64,000 nucleotides of DNA from Rhodobacterales bacterium (lineage in GTDB: Bacteria > Pseudomonadota > Alphaproteobacteria > Rhodobacterales > Rhodobacteraceae). The notes below the pieces were generated by a model. The model was not told the DNA's origin, made no database searches, and saw nothing but the letters and a program-made list of their open reading frames with translations. Shown piece by piece: positions 10,395-21,788 of the stretch; the first letter of the stretch is position 1, and each line of letters begins with the position of its first letter. Both the position numbers and the translations under genes were made by a program. The stretch spans positions 246 through 64,245 of the forward strand of contig JBBRBJ010000006.1 of NCBI GenBank assembly GCA_038205925.1, in the 5' to 3' direction.

Positions 10395-11264
10395 CTAGTG
10401 CGGAACCACCCCGGTCCAGTCGCGCATCCGGGCGCGAAACCACGTCCTTTGCCGCTTGGCATAGGTTCTGCTGGCCTGTTTGGCCTGTGAAATGGCAGTG
10501 TCGAGCGTCAGGTCCCCACGCAGATGTGCCACCAGTTCGGGCGCGCCTATGGCGCGCGACGAGGGCAGGGCCGCATTCCACCCGGGCAGGGCAGAGCGCG
10601 CCTCATCCAGTGCGCCGGCGCCGATCATCGTGTCGAGACGGGCATCGATTCGCGCGTTCAGCCACGGCACATCGGGAAGCAGCACCATCGCTTCGGCGCG
10701 GGCGCGTGGCAGGGCGGGGGCCGGCGTCTGCGCCTGCCAGTCGGCCAGACCCCGGCCGGTCGCTGAAAGCACTTCCCACGCGCGCTGCACGCGCGCGCCA
10801 TTGGCCAGATCGATGCGGGCCGAAGTGGCACGATCCAGCGCCGCAACCATCGCACCTGGGTCCGCGGCCCACAACGCATCGCCTGCCGCGCGCACCGCCG
10901 GGGGCACAGGCGGCACCTCGGCCAAGCCTTCGGTCAGTGCGCGAAAATAGAGACCCGTGCCGCCCACGATCACCACCGGGCGTTCCAAGAGCGTTCTGAC
11001 ATCGCGCAGCCAATGGCCAACCGAATAGGGCTGATCGCGGCCAACATGGCCATAAAGCGCGTGCGGAAGGGCGGCCTCGTCCGCCGCAGACGGGCGCGCT
11101 GTCAGCACCCGCCAGCAGCCGTAAACCTGCAGCGCATCGGCGTTGACGACCACGCGACCGTCGCGCGCCGCAATCTCGGCCGCAAGCGCCGATTTGCCGC
11201 TGGCCGTAGGCCCCGCGATCAGCACAGGCGCCTCACGCGACACTGATTTCAGATCCACCGACAT
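10395..11264 (-). CDS. miaA: tRNA dimethylallyltransferase
   Basis: [35 protein letters not shown]; start approximate. Confidence 0.93.
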   Translation of the reverse strand: MSVDLKSVSREAPVLIAGPTASGKSALAAEIAARDGRVVVNADALQVYGCWRVLTARPSAADEAALPHALYGHVGRDQPYSVGHWLRDVRTLLERPVVIVGGTGLYFRALTEGLAEVPPVPPAVRAAGDALWAADPGAMVAALDRATSARIDLANGARVQRAWEVLSATGRGLADWQAQTPAPALPRARAEAMVLLPDVPWLNARIDARLDTMIGAGALDEARSALPGWNAALPSSRAIGAPELVAHLRGDLTLDTAISQAKQASRTYAKRQRTWFRARMRDWTGVVPH

Positions 11265-11411
11265 CTGGTCACGCATCCTTTGCACAGAACCGCTTTGACG
11301 GGGTCTGCGGGCACGCGGACCCGCGCAGCCGCCAGTCACAGGTTGAACCCGCCCCCGTTTTGCGACAGTTTGCCCGACAGGCCAACCCCATTCCAGATCG
11401 CAGGACCCCCA

Positions 11412-12188
11412 ATGCCAGACAAAAGCCCCGACAGCGGCGTCAAATACAAACGCGTTATGCTGAAAATCTCGGGCGAGGCGCTGATGGGCGACCTTGGCTA
11501 TGGTCTGCACCCGCCTACGGTTCAGCGTATCGCCCAAGAGGTGAAGTCGGTCCACGACCTTGGGGTCGAGATATGCATGGTCATCGGCGGCGGCAACATC
11601 TTTCGCGGTCTGCAAGGCAGCGCGCAAGGAATGGAACGCACGACCGCCGATTACATGGGGATGCTCGCCACGGTGATGAACGCGCTGGCCATGCAGGCCG
11701 CACTCGAATCCGTGGGGGTGTTCACGCGCGTGATCAGTGCAATTCCGATGGATCAGGTGTGCGAGCCCTACATCCGACGCCGCGCGGTGCGCCATCTTGA
11801 GAAAAAGCGCGTGGTGATCTTTGCGGCCGGAACCGGCAACCCCTATTTCACCACCGACACCGCCGCCACGCTGCGCGCAAACGAGATGGCGTGCGAGGCC
11901 ATTTTCAAAGGCACCAAGGTGGACGGCGTCTACGACAAGGACCCCAAGAAGCACGCCGATGCCAAACGCTATACCCGTGTCAGCTATGACGAGGTGCTGC
12001 AAAAGCATCTGGGCGTGATGGACGCCAGCGCCATTGCGCTTGCGCGCGACAACGACTTGCCCATCATTGTCTTTTCGCTGGATGAACCGGGCGGCTTTCG
12101 AGGCATCCTTGCCGGGCGTGGCACCTACACCACGGTGCACGGCGATGACATGCGTATGGGTGCTTCGGCGGGCATTTCAGCGCCTTGA
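11412..12188 (+). CDS. pyrH: UMP kinase
   Basis: [30 protein letters not shown]. Confidence 0.96.
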   Translation: MPDKSPDSGVKYKRVMLKISGEALMGDLGYGLHPPTVQRIAQEVKSVHDLGVEICMVIGGGNIFRGLQGSAQGMERTTADYMGMLATVMNALAMQAALESVGVFTRVISAIPMDQVCEPYIRRRAVRHLEKKRVVIFAAGTGNPYFTTDTAATLRANEMACEAIFKGTKVDGVYDKDPKKHADAKRYTRVSYDEVLQKHLGVMDASAIALARDNDLPIIVFSLDEPGGFRGILAGRGTYTTVHGDDMRMGASAGISAP

Positions 12189-12312
12189 CGCTATACAAAC
12201 CACGCTTGACCACGCTATACCCGCGGGCAGAACCGGGGGGACGTGCCCCCCGTCACACCGGACAGCGGACCACGATGCACCCCCCGTCCGTCCAGTAAGA
12301 AGCGACTGACAC

Positions 12313-12876
12313 ATGGCCGATGACTTCGAACTTGATACCGACGATCTGTCCCGCCGCATGGACGGGGCCATTGCCAATCTGCGCACCGAATTCTCATCGC
12401 TGCGCACGGGGCGGGCCTCGGGCTCGATGCTCGAACCAATTCAGGTTGACGCCTACGGCTCGATGACGCCGATCAACCAGCTTGGCACCGTCAACGTGCC
12501 GGAATCGCGCATGGTCACCATCAACGTGTGGGACAAGGCAATGGTGGGCAAAGTTGAAAAGGCGATCCGCGAATCCGGTCTTGGCATCAATCCGCAACTG
12601 AACGGCACCATCATCATGCTGCCGATCCCCGAGTTGAATGAGCAGCGCCGCAAGGAGCTGACAAAGGTTGCCGCCCAATATGCCGAAAGCGCGCGCGTGT
12701 CGGTGCGCAACCTGCGCCGCGACGGGATGGACCAGATCAAGAAGGCGAAATCCGACGGTCTGTCCGAGGACGACCAGAAGTTCTGGGAATCCGAGGTGCA
12801 AGAAATGACCGACCGCTTCATCAAGCTGGTCGATCTGACGCTTGAGACCAAGCAGGCGGAAATCATGCAGGTATAA
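12313..12876 (+). CDS. frr: ribosome recycling factor
   Basis: [26 protein letters not shown]; follows pyrH. Confidence 0.96.
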   Translation: MADDFELDTDDLSRRMDGAIANLRTEFSSLRTGRASGSMLEPIQVDAYGSMTPINQLGTVNVPESRMVTINVWDKAMVGKVEKAIRESGLGINPQLNGTIIMLPIPELNEQRRKELTKVAAQYAESARVSVRNLRRDGMDQIKKAKSDGLSEDDQKFWESEVQEMTDRFIKLVDLTLETKQAEIMQV

Positions 12877-12884
12877 CGGCGCGG

Positions 12885-12904
12885 TGCGGGCCCATGGGCC
12901 CGCA
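12885..12904. terminator. GC-rich perfect palindrome after frr
   Basis: TGCGGGCCCATGGGCCCGCA; weak U tract. Confidence 0.4.
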
Positions 12905-12976
12905 GGTTCAGGTGCGTTTGGTTTCAGGATTGGTTGGGGCAGGGTGCCCGGTCATCCGGCAATAAAAGGGTGAGAC

Positions 12977-13723
12977 TTGGTGACTTCCAGCATATCTGAC
13001 CCAAACCAGACGCAAAACCGGATGGCCGAGCATGTGGCCATCATCATGGACGGGAATGGCCGCTGGGCAACCGAACGCGGCTGGCCGCGCCTTGTTGGTC
13101 ACCGCAAAGGCGCCGAGCGCGTCAAGCAGATCGTCGATGCCGCCCCCCATCTGGGGATCCGCTGGCTGACTGTCTATGCGTTTTCGACCGAAAACTGGAA
13201 ACGATCGACGGAAGAGGTTCTGGGCCTGATGTCGATCTTCGCGCGCTACATCGAGCGTGAGGCAGACCGGTTGGCAACCGAGGGGGTTCGGATGCGCTTT
13301 ATCGGTGACCGTGCACGCCTTGACCCCAAATTGCAGCGCCTGATGGACGGGATCGAGGCGCGCACGGCATCCTTTACGCGGCTGAATTTTACGGTCGCGA
13401 TCAATTACGGCGGCCGGGATGAGATCTTGCGGGCGACCCGCCGGGTGATGGCCCGGGTCATTGCGGGCGAAATTGACGCGGGGGCGGTGGATGACGCCAT
13501 GATTTCGGCCCATCTCGACACGGCCGATCTGCCTGACCCCGACCTTGTGATCCGCACCAGCGGCGAGATGCGCACCTCGAATTTCCTGGCCTGGCAGGCG
13601 GCCTACGCGGAATACGAATTCACCCAGACGCTCTGGCCCGATTTTACGGCTGACCATCTGGCCGCAATCGTCTCACGCTTTGGCAACCGCGAGCGGCGTT
13701 ATGGCGGAGTGGCGACCGGATGA
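12977..13723 (+). CDS. uppS: undecaprenyl diphosphate synthase (start uncertain: 12977/12980/13022)
   Basis: HVAIIMDGNGRWA, YAFSTENWKR, IRTSGEMRTSNFL. Confidence 0.95.
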   Translation: MVTSSISDPNQTQNRMAEHVAIIMDGNGRWATERGWPRLVGHRKGAERVKQIVDAAPHLGIRWLTVYAFSTENWKRSTEEVLGLMSIFARYIEREADRLATEGVRMRFIGDRARLDPKLQRLMDGIEARTASFTRLNFTVAINYGGRDEILRATRRVMARVIAGEIDAGAVDDAMISAHLDTADLPDPDLVIRTSGEMRTSNFLAWQAAYAEYEFTQTLWPDFTADHLAAIVSRFGNRERRYGGVATG

Positions 13724-14520
13724 GCGCTGACGCCGCCCGCTGGGGCGATCTGCGCAAGCGTCTGGTGTCGGCCCTCGTGATGCTGTCGGTGGGCGCGGCC
13801 GAGTTGTGGTTGGGCGGACCCACATTCTCGGTGTTGGTGATTGTGCTGACTGCGGCGATGTTCTGGGAACTTGCAAACATCACCTCGCCCGGTCACCGCA
13901 AGACGCCGATTGGCATGGGCCTGATTGCGGCTGTCTGCGTGTGGGGGGCGGTGTATGTGCGCGATGATCTGGCGGCAGCGTTGCTGCTGATCCCGGCCTT
14001 CGCGCTGGCGCTGACACCGCGGCGCGACCGCCGGATCGCCACGCTGTACGGCATCTGCGTGATGATTGCGGGTTATGGCCTGATTGATCTGCGCGGGACG
14101 GGCACGGCGCCCATTCTGTGGCTGGTGCTGATCGTCATCACCTCGGATGTGGCTGGCTATTTCGTGGGGCGCGCTTTGGGCGGGCCGAAATTCTGGCCCG
14201 CGATCAGCCCCAAGAAAACCTGGTCTGGTACAGTGGCGGGCTGGGTGGGGGCGGTTATCGTCTCGGCCGGGTTCGTGCTGTGGGGCAACGCGCCGTGGCT
14301 GGCGCTGCTGCTGGCGCCGTTTGTGGCCTTTGCGGGGCAGTTGGGCGACATCGCTGAAAGCTGGATCAAGCGGCGGGCGGGGGTGAAGGACAGTTCCGGA
14401 CTGATCCCCGGCCATGGAGGCGTGATGGACCGCTTTGATGCGCTGATCGGCGCGGTGGTGCTGGTGATGCTGCTGTCGCTGCTGACTGCGCTGCCGATTC
14501 CCATGACGACCGGGGGCTGA
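13720..14520 (+). CDS. cdsA: phosphatidate cytidylyltransferase
   Basis: ISPKKTWSG, GDIAESWIKRRAGVKDSSGLIPGHGGVMDRFD. Confidence 0.95.
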   Translation: MSADAARWGDLRKRLVSALVMLSVGAAELWLGGPTFSVLVIVLTAAMFWELANITSPGHRKTPIGMGLIAAVCVWGAVYVRDDLAAALLLIPAFALALTPRRDRRIATLYGICVMIAGYGLIDLRGTGTAPILWLVLIVITSDVAGYFVGRALGGPKFWPAISPKKTWSGTVAGWVGAVIVSAGFVLWGNAPWLALLLAPFVAFAGQLGDIAESWIKRRAGVKDSSGLIPGHGGVMDRFDALIGAVVLVMLLSLLTALPIPMTTGG

Positions 14521-14523
14521 GGT

Positions 14524-15717
14524 TTGCGCAGCATTTCAATCTTTGGCGCGACCGGGTCTGTTGGCGAGAGCACGTTCGATCTGATCATGCGCGCAGGCGG
14601 GGCAGGGGCGTTCCGCACCGTGGCGCTGACGGGCGGGCGCAATGTCGCGCGGCTGGCCGAGATGGCGCGCGCCCTGCGGGCAGAAATCGCCGTGTGCGCC
14701 GATGAGGCCTGTCTGCCCGCCCTGCGCGAAGCCCTGGCCGGCACTGATACGCAGGTGGCCTCAGGCGATGCGGCGATTGCCGAAGCTGCCGACCGTCCCG
14801 CCAACTGGGTGATGAGCGCGATCGTGGGGGCCGCCGGCCTGAAGCCCGGTCTGCGCGCCCTTGCCCATGGCGCCACCCTTGCGCTTGCCAACAAGGAAAG
14901 CCTGGTCACCGCCGGCCCCTTGCTGATGGCCGAGGCCGCGCGCCATGGCGCCCGCATTCTGCCTGTCGACAGCGAGCATTCGGCCATCTTTCAGGGGCTG
15001 GTGGGCGAAGATATCGCCGCGGTCGAGCGGATCATCCTGACCGCTTCAGGGGGCGCGCTGCGCGACTGGCCGTTGGAGGCGCTGGCCCGCGCCACCGTGA
15101 CCGAAGCGCTGGCGCACCCCAACTGGGCGATGGGGCAAAGGATCACGATCGACAGCGCATCGATGTTTAACAAGGCATTGGAAGTCATTGAAACACGTGA
15201 GTATTTTGGGGTGCGCCCGGACCAGATCGAGGTGATCATCCACCCCGAATCCCTGATCCATTCCATGGTCGGATTTCGTGATGGGGCCATCATGGCACAT
15301 ATGGGCGCGCCCGACATGCGCCACCCCATCGGGTATGCGCTGAACTGGCCCGACCGGCTGGACATTCCTGTGGCCCGCCTGGACCTTGCGCAGATCGGCA
15401 CACTGACCTTCCGCACGCCCGAAATGGCCCGTTATCCGGCGCTTCGTCTGTGCCGCGAGGTGATGGACACGCGCGGCCTTGCGGGGGCGGTATTCAACGC
15501 GGCCAAAGAGGTTGCGTTGGACCATTTCCTTGCCGGTGCCATCGGTTTCATGGACATGGCGGGGGTGGTTGACGCCACGCTTGCCCGGATATCAACAGAC
15601 ATGTGCCTTGATTGCGACGTGTTGACCCTTGATGACATCGAGGGTGCAGACCATCTTGCCCGTATCCGGGCGGATGAGGCTGCGCGCAGCCTTTCGGCCC
15701 GGCAGGGCCATCTCTGA
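14524..15717 (+). CDS. dxr: 1-deoxy-D-xylulose-5-phosphate reductoisomerase (TTG start)
   Basis: GATGSVG, LANKESLV, LPVDSEHSAIFQ, HPNWAMGQRITIDSA. Confidence 0.96.
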   Translation: MRSISIFGATGSVGESTFDLIMRAGGAGAFRTVALTGGRNVARLAEMARALRAEIAVCADEACLPALREALAGTDTQVASGDAAIAEAADRPANWVMSAIVGAAGLKPGLRALAHGATLALANKESLVTAGPLLMAEAARHGARILPVDSEHSAIFQGLVGEDIAAVERIILTASGGALRDWPLEALARATVTEALAHPNWAMGQRITIDSASMFNKALEVIETREYFGVRPDQIEVIIHPESLIHSMVGFRDGAIMAHMGAPDMRHPIGYALNWPDRLDIPVARLDLAQIGTLTFRTPEMARYPALRLCREVMDTRGLAGAVFNAAKEVALDHFLAGAIGFMDMAGVVDATLARISTDMCLDCDVLTLDDIEGADHLARIRADEAARSLSARQGHL

Positions 15718-15747
15718 CCCAACTGACGTGAACAAAAGGGTGAACTC

Positions 15748-17085
15748 TTGGACCTTATCGGCCTGATTTCCGGCTTTGGCGGCATTGTCTGGGCGCTGGT
15801 CGCCTTTGTGGCGGCGCTGTCCATCATCGTCACGGTGCATGAGTATGGCCATTACATCGTAGGCCGCTGGACCGGCATCCATGCCGAGGTGTTCAGCCTG
15901 GGCTTTGGCCCGGTTCTGTTCGCCCGCACCGACAGCCGCGGCACGCGGTGGCAAGTGGCGGCGCTGCCCTTTGGCGGCTACGTAAAGTTCATGGGCGACA
16001 GCAATGCCGCTTCGGGCAAGGACGGCGTGGCGATGTCGGGCCTGTCCGATCGCGAACGGCGCCGCACCATGCACGGCGCCCCCCTTTGGGCGCGGGCCCT
16101 GACGGTAGCAGCGGGTCCGGCTTTCAATTTCATCATGGCGACGCTGATCTTCATCTTCATGGTGATGGCCAACGGCGTCGAGACGGAAAACACCATCGTG
16201 GGCGCCGTCAAGCCTACGCCGTTTGAGGGTCAGACCCTGTTGCCGGGCGATCAGGTTCTTTCTGTTGCCGGAAATCCTACACCCGATCTGGCTACGCTTG
16301 TCGCAGTTTCGCGCGATCTGGCCCCATCACCCTCGGTCCCTTATGTCATCTTGCGCGATACGGACGAGATTGCGTTTGACGGCCCCTATCCGTTTCCGCC
16401 CGTCGCTGATGCCGTGCAGCCACAAACCGCCGCCTTCGAAGCCGGCATGCAGCCGGGCGACGTGATCACCGCGGTAGATGGAAAGTTGATATATTCTTTC
16501 AACGAGTTGCGCGAAATCGTGGGCGCATCCGACGGGGGTGCGCTGAACCTGACCATCTGGCGCGACGGGGCCGAGGTGGAAACGGTCCTGTCTCCCCGCC
16601 GGATGGATATTCCGCTTGCCGAAGGCGGGTTCGAGACGCGGTGGCTGATCGGTCTGTCTGGCGGGCTTGGCTTTGCACCCGAAACCCGAACTCCCGGTGC
16701 GTTCGAGGCAGCAGGGATTGGCGCGCAGCAAACGTGGTATGTCGCCAAGACCTCGCTGTCGGGGATCTGGCATATGGTCACGGGCGCAATCAGCAGTTGC
16801 AACCTGCGCGGGCCCATCGGCATTGCCGAAAGCTCGGGTGCTGCGGCCAGCATGGGGGTGGAAAGTTTCGTTTGGTTCATCGCCATGCTGTCGGTCGCCG
16901 TGGGGTTGATGAACCTGTTTCCGATCCCGGTCCTGGATGGCGGACACTTGGTGTTCCACGCCTATGAGGCCGTGACCGGCAAGCCGCCGACCGACCGGGC
17001 GCTGCGGGTGATGATGTCGGCAGGACTCGTGCTGTTGTTGTCGCTGATGGTGTTTGCATCGACCAATGACGTGTTCTGCCCCTGA
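15748..17085 (+). CDS. rseP: RIP (site-2) zinc metalloprotease
   Basis: HEYGH, PDZ region, NLFPIPVLDGG. Confidence 0.94.
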   Translation: MDLIGLISGFGGIVWALVAFVAALSIIVTVHEYGHYIVGRWTGIHAEVFSLGFGPVLFARTDSRGTRWQVAALPFGGYVKFMGDSNAASGKDGVAMSGLSDRERRRTMHGAPLWARALTVAAGPAFNFIMATLIFIFMVMANGVETENTIVGAVKPTPFEGQTLLPGDQVLSVAGNPTPDLATLVAVSRDLAPSPSVPYVILRDTDEIAFDGPYPFPPVADAVQPQTAAFEAGMQPGDVITAVDGKLIYSFNELREIVGASDGGALNLTIWRDGAEVETVLSPRRMDIPLAEGGFETRWLIGLSGGLGFAPETRTPGAFEAAGIGAQQTWYVAKTSLSGIWHMVTGAISSCNLRGPIGIAESSGAAASMGVESFVWFIAMLSVAVGLMNLFPIPVLDGGHLVFHAYEAVTGKPPTDRALRVMMSAGLVLLLSLMVFASTNDVFCP

Positions 17086-17160
17086 TCCAACGGCACTGAT
17101 GCCATACTCCGGCCATATTTTCCGCTGATATCTGCGGATGTGGCAAAAGGATGAACACCG

Positions 17161-17298
17161 ATGCAAATGGTCATGCAGGGCTATCGCGGGCTTTCCATTC
17201 TGATGTGGCTGAACGCCGACCGGATTTTCATGCTGCTCAACGTTGTGGCGGGCCTGCTTGCGGGTGCTTTTCTGGGCACGCAACTTGTAAAACTCTGA
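17161..17298 (+). CDS. putative 45-aa membrane microprotein (not in ORF track)
   Basis: MQMVMQGYRGLSILMWLNADRIFMLLNVVAGLLAGAFLGTQLVKL*; AAAGGA RBS-like sequence upstream; C-terminal hydrophobic helix. Confidence 0.6.
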   Translation: MQMVMQGYRGLSILMWLNADRIFMLLNVVAGLLAGAFLGTQLVKL

Positions 17299-17430
17299 TC
17301 GGCATGCGCGCGGTGAGACTGTCGTGCAACGCCCCGAAGATCTCGCGTGCAAAGCGCATCTCAACGCTTTGACAAGCCCCCCGCTTACCGCTAGTGAGAA
17401 CACAAGGGATTGTAAAGATGAGGCCTTGTC

Positions 17431-19791
17431 ATGCACGATACAGCGGTTTCCGCGAAAAATTCGACGCGTGACAGGCTCCCCCGGCGTACGCGCTTGGCGA
17501 CCGCAATTTTCCTTTCCACAGTAACGGTTTCTGCGACAATCTTCACGCCGCTTGGCGCGCAGGAATACAGCTTTTCGCAAGTGTCGGTTGAAGGCAACCA
17601 ACTGGTCGATGTGCCGACAATCCTCGGATTTGCGGGAATCAAGCGGGGACAGACCCTGACCACGGCCGAGTTGAACGATGCCTATCAGGGCCTCGTCCGC
17701 TCGGGCCTGTTTGAGACCGTCGAGATTGTGCCCGATGGCAACCGGCTGATCATCAGGGTCAAGGAATACCCGATCGTCAACATCATCAACTTCGAGGGTA
17801 ACAAGCGCCTGAAGAGTGAAGAACTGTCAAAGGCGATCAGTTCGCAGGAGCGCAGGGTCTATTCACCCAGCCGGGCCGAGGCGGATGCCGCCGCCATTGC
17901 CGAGATTTACCGCGTGCGCGGGCGCATGGCCGCCACGGTCACGCCGCGCATCATCCGGCGCAGCGAGAGCCGGGTGGATCTGGTGTTCGAAGTGGCCGAG
18001 GGCAAGGTGACAGAAATCGAGCGTCTGTCTTTCGTCGGCAACCGCGCCTATTCTGATCGTCGCTTGCGTCAGGTGCTGGAAACCAAGCAAGCGGGTCTGC
18101 TGCGCGCCTTGATCCAGCGCGACACCTTCGTCGCCGAGCGGCTGGAACTGGACAAGCAACTGCTCAAGGATTTCTACCTTGCGCGTGGCTTTATCGACTT
18201 TCAGGTGACCGATGCTTCGGCCGAAGTCAGCCGTGAGCGGGATGCGGTCTTTGTCAGCTTCAGCCTGCAAGAGGGGCGCAGCTTCAGGTTCGGCAAAATT
18301 TCCACCGTGTCTGAAATCGACGGCGTCGATGTGGCCGAGTTTGAGGCCGTGCAGCGTGTCCGTTCGGGCGTGACCTACTCGCCTTCGGTTGTGGACAACA
18401 ACATCGCGCGGATGGAAAATCTGGCGCTGCGCAAGGGCCTGAACTTTGTGCGTGTTGATCCGCGTATCACCCGCAATGACCGCACCGGGACGCTGGATAT
18501 AGAGTTCGCGCTGGTGCGGGGCGACCGGGTTTTTGTCGAGCGTATCGACATCGAAGGCAACACGACCACGCTGGATCAGGTGATCCGGCGTCAGTTCCGC
18601 TCGGCCGAAGGCGACCCCTTCAATCCGCGCGAAATCCGTCAGTCGGCAGAACGCATCCGCGCGCTTGGCTACATTGGTGATGCGCAAGTGGAATCGCGCC
18701 CTGGGTCGGCGGGCGATCAGGTGATCGTCGATGTCAACGTGACCGAACAACCGTCAGGGTCTTTGTCGCTGGGTGCAAGTTACGGCATCGAGGCCGGGTT
18801 CGGCGTGAACATCGGTTTTTCCGAGACCAACTTTCTTGGCCGGGGTCAGGCGCTTGCGGTCAATTTATCGACCGGCACGGACAGCACCAATTCGGGCTTC
18901 AGCTTTACGGAACCTGCCTTTCTGGGCCGCGATCTGTCTCTGTCCTTTGGCGCCTATTACAACGTGACGGCCAAGAAGAACGCCCTTTATGATACGCAGG
19001 CCCTGGGCCTGAGCACCTCGCTGGGCTTTCCGGTGGGTGAGTTGAGCCGACTGGAACTGCGCTACAGCCTGTCGAAGAACACGCTGAAAAACTACACGGG
19101 CGTTGATAATGACAACGACCCGATCACGCCCAACATCTTCAACCCGATCCTTGTTGCCGAAACCGCACGCGGCGGCGAAGTAACCTCATCGGTGGGATAT
19201 ACCTACAGCTACGACTCGCGGATTGGCGGCCTGAGCCCTGATCGCGGGGTGCTGCTGCGCTTCAGTCAGGATTTCGCCGGTCTCGGCGGCGATGCGAAAT
19301 ACGTGGCAACCAACGTACTTGCCCTCGCCGAACGCAAGATCATGAATGAGGATGTGACCCTTCGCGCGATTTTTGAAGGTGGCGCAATCGCAACCTTCGG
19401 GGGCTACAACAGCCGCGTGAACGAGCGTTTCTTCGGTAACGGCAAGATTCGTGGTTTTGAGCCGAACGGCATCGGCCCGCGCGACCCCGTGACGGGCGAT
19501 GCGCTTGGCGGCAACATGTACGCTGTGGCCCGGTTCGAGGCCGATTTCCCGCTGGGGTTTCCCGAGGAATACGGTCTTTCTGGCGGCGTGTTCGCGGACG
19601 TAGGCTCGGTCTGGGGGCTGGACTCTGCCGGGACAATCGACGACAGCGCCCATCCGCGTGCCGCGGTCGGTCTGTCCGTTGTGTGGGATGCGCCGATCGG
19701 CCCGCTTCGTTTCAACTTCTCTAAGGCGTTGAAGAAGGAAAGCGATGACAAGGAACAGGCGTTCGATCTGACGATCTCGACCAAGTTCTGA
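17431..19791 (+). CDS. bamA: outer-membrane protein assembly factor
   Basis: POTRA repeats, IRGF motif (KIRGFEPNGIGP), terminal Phe. Confidence 0.96.
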   Translation: MHDTAVSAKNSTRDRLPRRTRLATAIFLSTVTVSATIFTPLGAQEYSFSQVSVEGNQLVDVPTILGFAGIKRGQTLTTAELNDAYQGLVRSGLFETVEIVPDGNRLIIRVKEYPIVNIINFEGNKRLKSEELSKAISSQERRVYSPSRAEADAAAIAEIYRVRGRMAATVTPRIIRRSESRVDLVFEVAEGKVTEIERLSFVGNRAYSDRRLRQVLETKQAGLLRALIQRDTFVAERLELDKQLLKDFYLARGFIDFQVTDASAEVSRERDAVFVSFSLQEGRSFRFGKISTVSEIDGVDVAEFEAVQRVRSGVTYSPSVVDNNIARMENLALRKGLNFVRVDPRITRNDRTGTLDIEFALVRGDRVFVERIDIEGNTTTLDQVIRRQFRSAEGDPFNPREIRQSAERIRALGYIGDAQVESRPGSAGDQVIVDVNVTEQPSGSLSLGASYGIEAGFGVNIGFSETNFLGRGQALAVNLSTGTDSTNSGFSFTEPAFLGRDLSLSFGAYYNVTAKKNALYDTQALGLSTSLGFPVGELSRLELRYSLSKNTLKNYTGVDNDNDPITPNIFNPILVAETARGGEVTSSVGYTYSYDSRIGGLSPDRGVLLRFSQDFAGLGGDAKYVATNVLALAERKIMNEDVTLRAIFEGGAIATFGGYNSRVNERFFGNGKIRGFEPNGIGPRDPVTGDALGGNMYAVARFEADFPLGFPEEYGLSGGVFADVGSVWGLDSAGTIDDSAHPRAAVGLSVVWDAPIGPLRFNFSKALKKESDDKEQAFDLTISTKF

Positions 19792-20441
19792 TGCAGCGGC
19801 GCATGGTCTGGCGTCTGACCGTTCTTCTGGCTTGCGCCTTGGCCATTCCGCTGGTTCCGGCAGTTGCCCAGACAGGCGGGCAACCCGGACCCGCCGCGCC
19901 CCTTGCGTCGCCCATCGTAACACTGGACAAGGACCGCCTGTTCCAGAACTCGCGGATGGGAAAGGCGATGCAGGGCCGGTTCGAGGCCGCATCCAACGAT
20001 CTTGTGGCCGAGAACCGCAAACTTGAGGCTGCGCTGGAAGAAGAAGAGCGTCGCCTGACCGAAAGGCGCGCCACCACCACACCCGAGGCGTTTCGCCCCC
20101 TTGCCGATGAGTTCGATCGACGCGTGGAAGAGTTGCGTCAGGCACAAGACGCCAAAAGCCGCTCCCTGACCCGCAGCCGCGACTCGGAACAGCAGCGCTT
20201 TTTCGAGGCCGCCGTGCCCATTCTGGGTAACCTGATGGTGGAACTTGGGGCGGTGGCAATCATCGACCGCTCGGCAATCATTCTCAGTTTCGATCAGATT
20301 GACGTGACCGATCAGGCCATCGTACGCCTTGATGAGGCATTGGGCGACGGCCCCCCGCCCGACCCTTTGCCCGCCGAAGAAGACGGAAATTCTGCACCGA
20401 CGCCGGATGAACCCGCGGCCCCCGTCCCGTCACAGCCCTGA
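19791..20441 (+). CDS. skp: OmpH/Skp periplasmic chaperone
   Basis: signal peptide, coiled coil, DVTDQAIVRLD; position after bamA. Confidence 0.8.
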   Translation: MQRRMVWRLTVLLACALAIPLVPAVAQTGGQPGPAAPLASPIVTLDKDRLFQNSRMGKAMQGRFEAASNDLVAENRKLEAALEEEERRLTERRATTTPEAFRPLADEFDRRVEELRQAQDAKSRSLTRSRDSEQQRFFEAAVPILGNLMVELGAVAIIDRSAIILSFDQIDVTDQAIVRLDEALGDGPPPDPLPAEEDGNSAPTPDEPAAPVPSQP

Positions 20442-20517
20442 TGGCGCGCGGTCCTTGCCCGCCGCGGCCTGACTTGCTAGCAACGGGTTGGGACAGGAAG
20501 AACAGCAGGTACAGACC

Positions 20518-20994
20518 ATGACAGACGCTAGCGCCCCGATCACCGAGGCTGACATTTCGATCATCCAGCGCATATTGCCGCATCGCTATCCGTTCCTGCT
20601 GGTCGACAAGGTCCGCGACATCGTGGTGAACGGGTCTTGCGTGGGCATCAAGAACGTTACCATGAATGAGCCGCAGTTCACCGGCCACTTTCCCGGCATG
20701 CCGATCTTTCCGGGCGTGATGATCATCGAGGCGATGGCCCAGACCAGCGGCATCCTTGTCGGGGTGTCGATGGATCTGATCGACAAGAACTCCAACGTAT
20801 TCTTCATGTCGGTCGACGGGGTGAAATTCCGCCGCAAGGTGGTGCCCGGAGATGTGCTGGAGCTTCACGTCAAGGCCCTGCGGAGCGGCGGCCGGGTCTG
20901 GAAGTTCGAGGGCCGTGCCATGGTTGGCGACGAGTTGGCCTGCGAGGCGCAGTTTTCGGCCATGTTCGATGTGCCGAAAAAGGCATCCGTGTGA
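20518..20994 (+). CDS. fabZ: 3-hydroxyacyl-ACP dehydratase
   Basis: [31 protein letters not shown]. Confidence 0.96.
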   Translation: MTDASAPITEADISIIQRILPHRYPFLLVDKVRDIVVNGSCVGIKNVTMNEPQFTGHFPGMPIFPGVMIIEAMAQTSGILVGVSMDLIDKNSNVFFMSVDGVKFRRKVVPGDVLELHVKALRSGGRVWKFEGRAMVGDELACEAQFSAMFDVPKKASV

Positions 20995-21788
20995 TGATAG
21001 ACGCCTCTGCCCACGTGCACCCTTCGGCAGTTGTCGATCCCGGCGCAAAGATCGGCCCGGGCTGCCGCATCGGCCCCTTTGCGGTGGTCGGTGCCGAGGT
21101 GACGCTGGCCGAGGGGGTCGAGGTCAAATCGCATGCGGTGGTGACGGGCTGGACGGATGTGGGGCCGGGCACGGTGATCTTTCCCTTTGCCTGCGTGGGC
21201 GAGGTGCCGCAAGATCTGAAGTTCAAGGGTGAGCATACCCGCCTGATCGTCGGCGCGCGTTGCCGTATCCGCGAAGGCGCCACACTGAACACCGGCACCG
21301 AAGGCGGCGGTGGCCTGACCCGGGTGGGCGATGATTGCCTTTTGATGACGGGCGCGCATGTCGGCCATGATGCCAGTCTGGGAGACCGGGTTATCCTTGC
21401 CAATCAGGCCGCCATCGCGGGCCATTGTCAGATCGGCGATGATGTGATCGTAGGCGGGTTGTCAGGTGTGCATCAATGGGTGCGCGTGGGACGCGGCGCC
21501 ATCATCGGGGCTGTCACCATGGTCACCAATGACGTGCTGCCGCATGGCCTGGTCCAGGGTCCGCGTGGCGTTCTCGACGGGCTGAACCTTGTCGGGCTGA
21601 AACGGCGCGGCGTCGAGCGGGCCGAAATCACGGCGCTGCGTGCAGGGTATCAGATGCTGGCGCAGGGCGAGGGCTCTTTCCTTGACCGGGCGCGCCGTCT
21701 CGCGGATGAGACCGACAGCACCCATGTGCGCGAGATGACAGAGTTCATTCTCTCGGCTTCGGACCGCAGCTTTCTGACACCCAAATGA
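20991..21788 (+). CDS. lpxA: UDP-N-acetylglucosamine O-acyltransferase
   Basis: hexapeptide repeats, [24 protein letters not shown]. Confidence 0.96.
   Translation: MMIDASAHVHPSAVVDPGAKIGPGCRIGPFAVVGAEVTLAEGVEVKSHAVVTGWTDVGPGTVIFPFACVGEVPQDLKFKGEHTRLIVGARCRIREGATLNTGTEGGGGLTRVGDDCLLMTGAHVGHDASLGDRVILANQAAIAGHCQIGDDVIVGGLSGVHQWVRVGRGAIIGAVTMVTNDVLPHGLVQGPRGVLDGLNLVGLKRRGVERAEITALRAGYQMLAQGEGSFLDRARRLADETDSTHVREMTEFILSASDRSFLTPK

Noticed and set aside
10395-12140. 581-aa extended MiaA ORF
   Set aside because: The N-terminal half is antisense to pyrH; MiaA motifs begin near 11264
19791-20994. Absence of lpxD between skp and fabZ, and no TolC with the RND pair
   Set aside because: Such genes are commonly unlinked in alphaproteobacteria; loss cannot be inferred from one window
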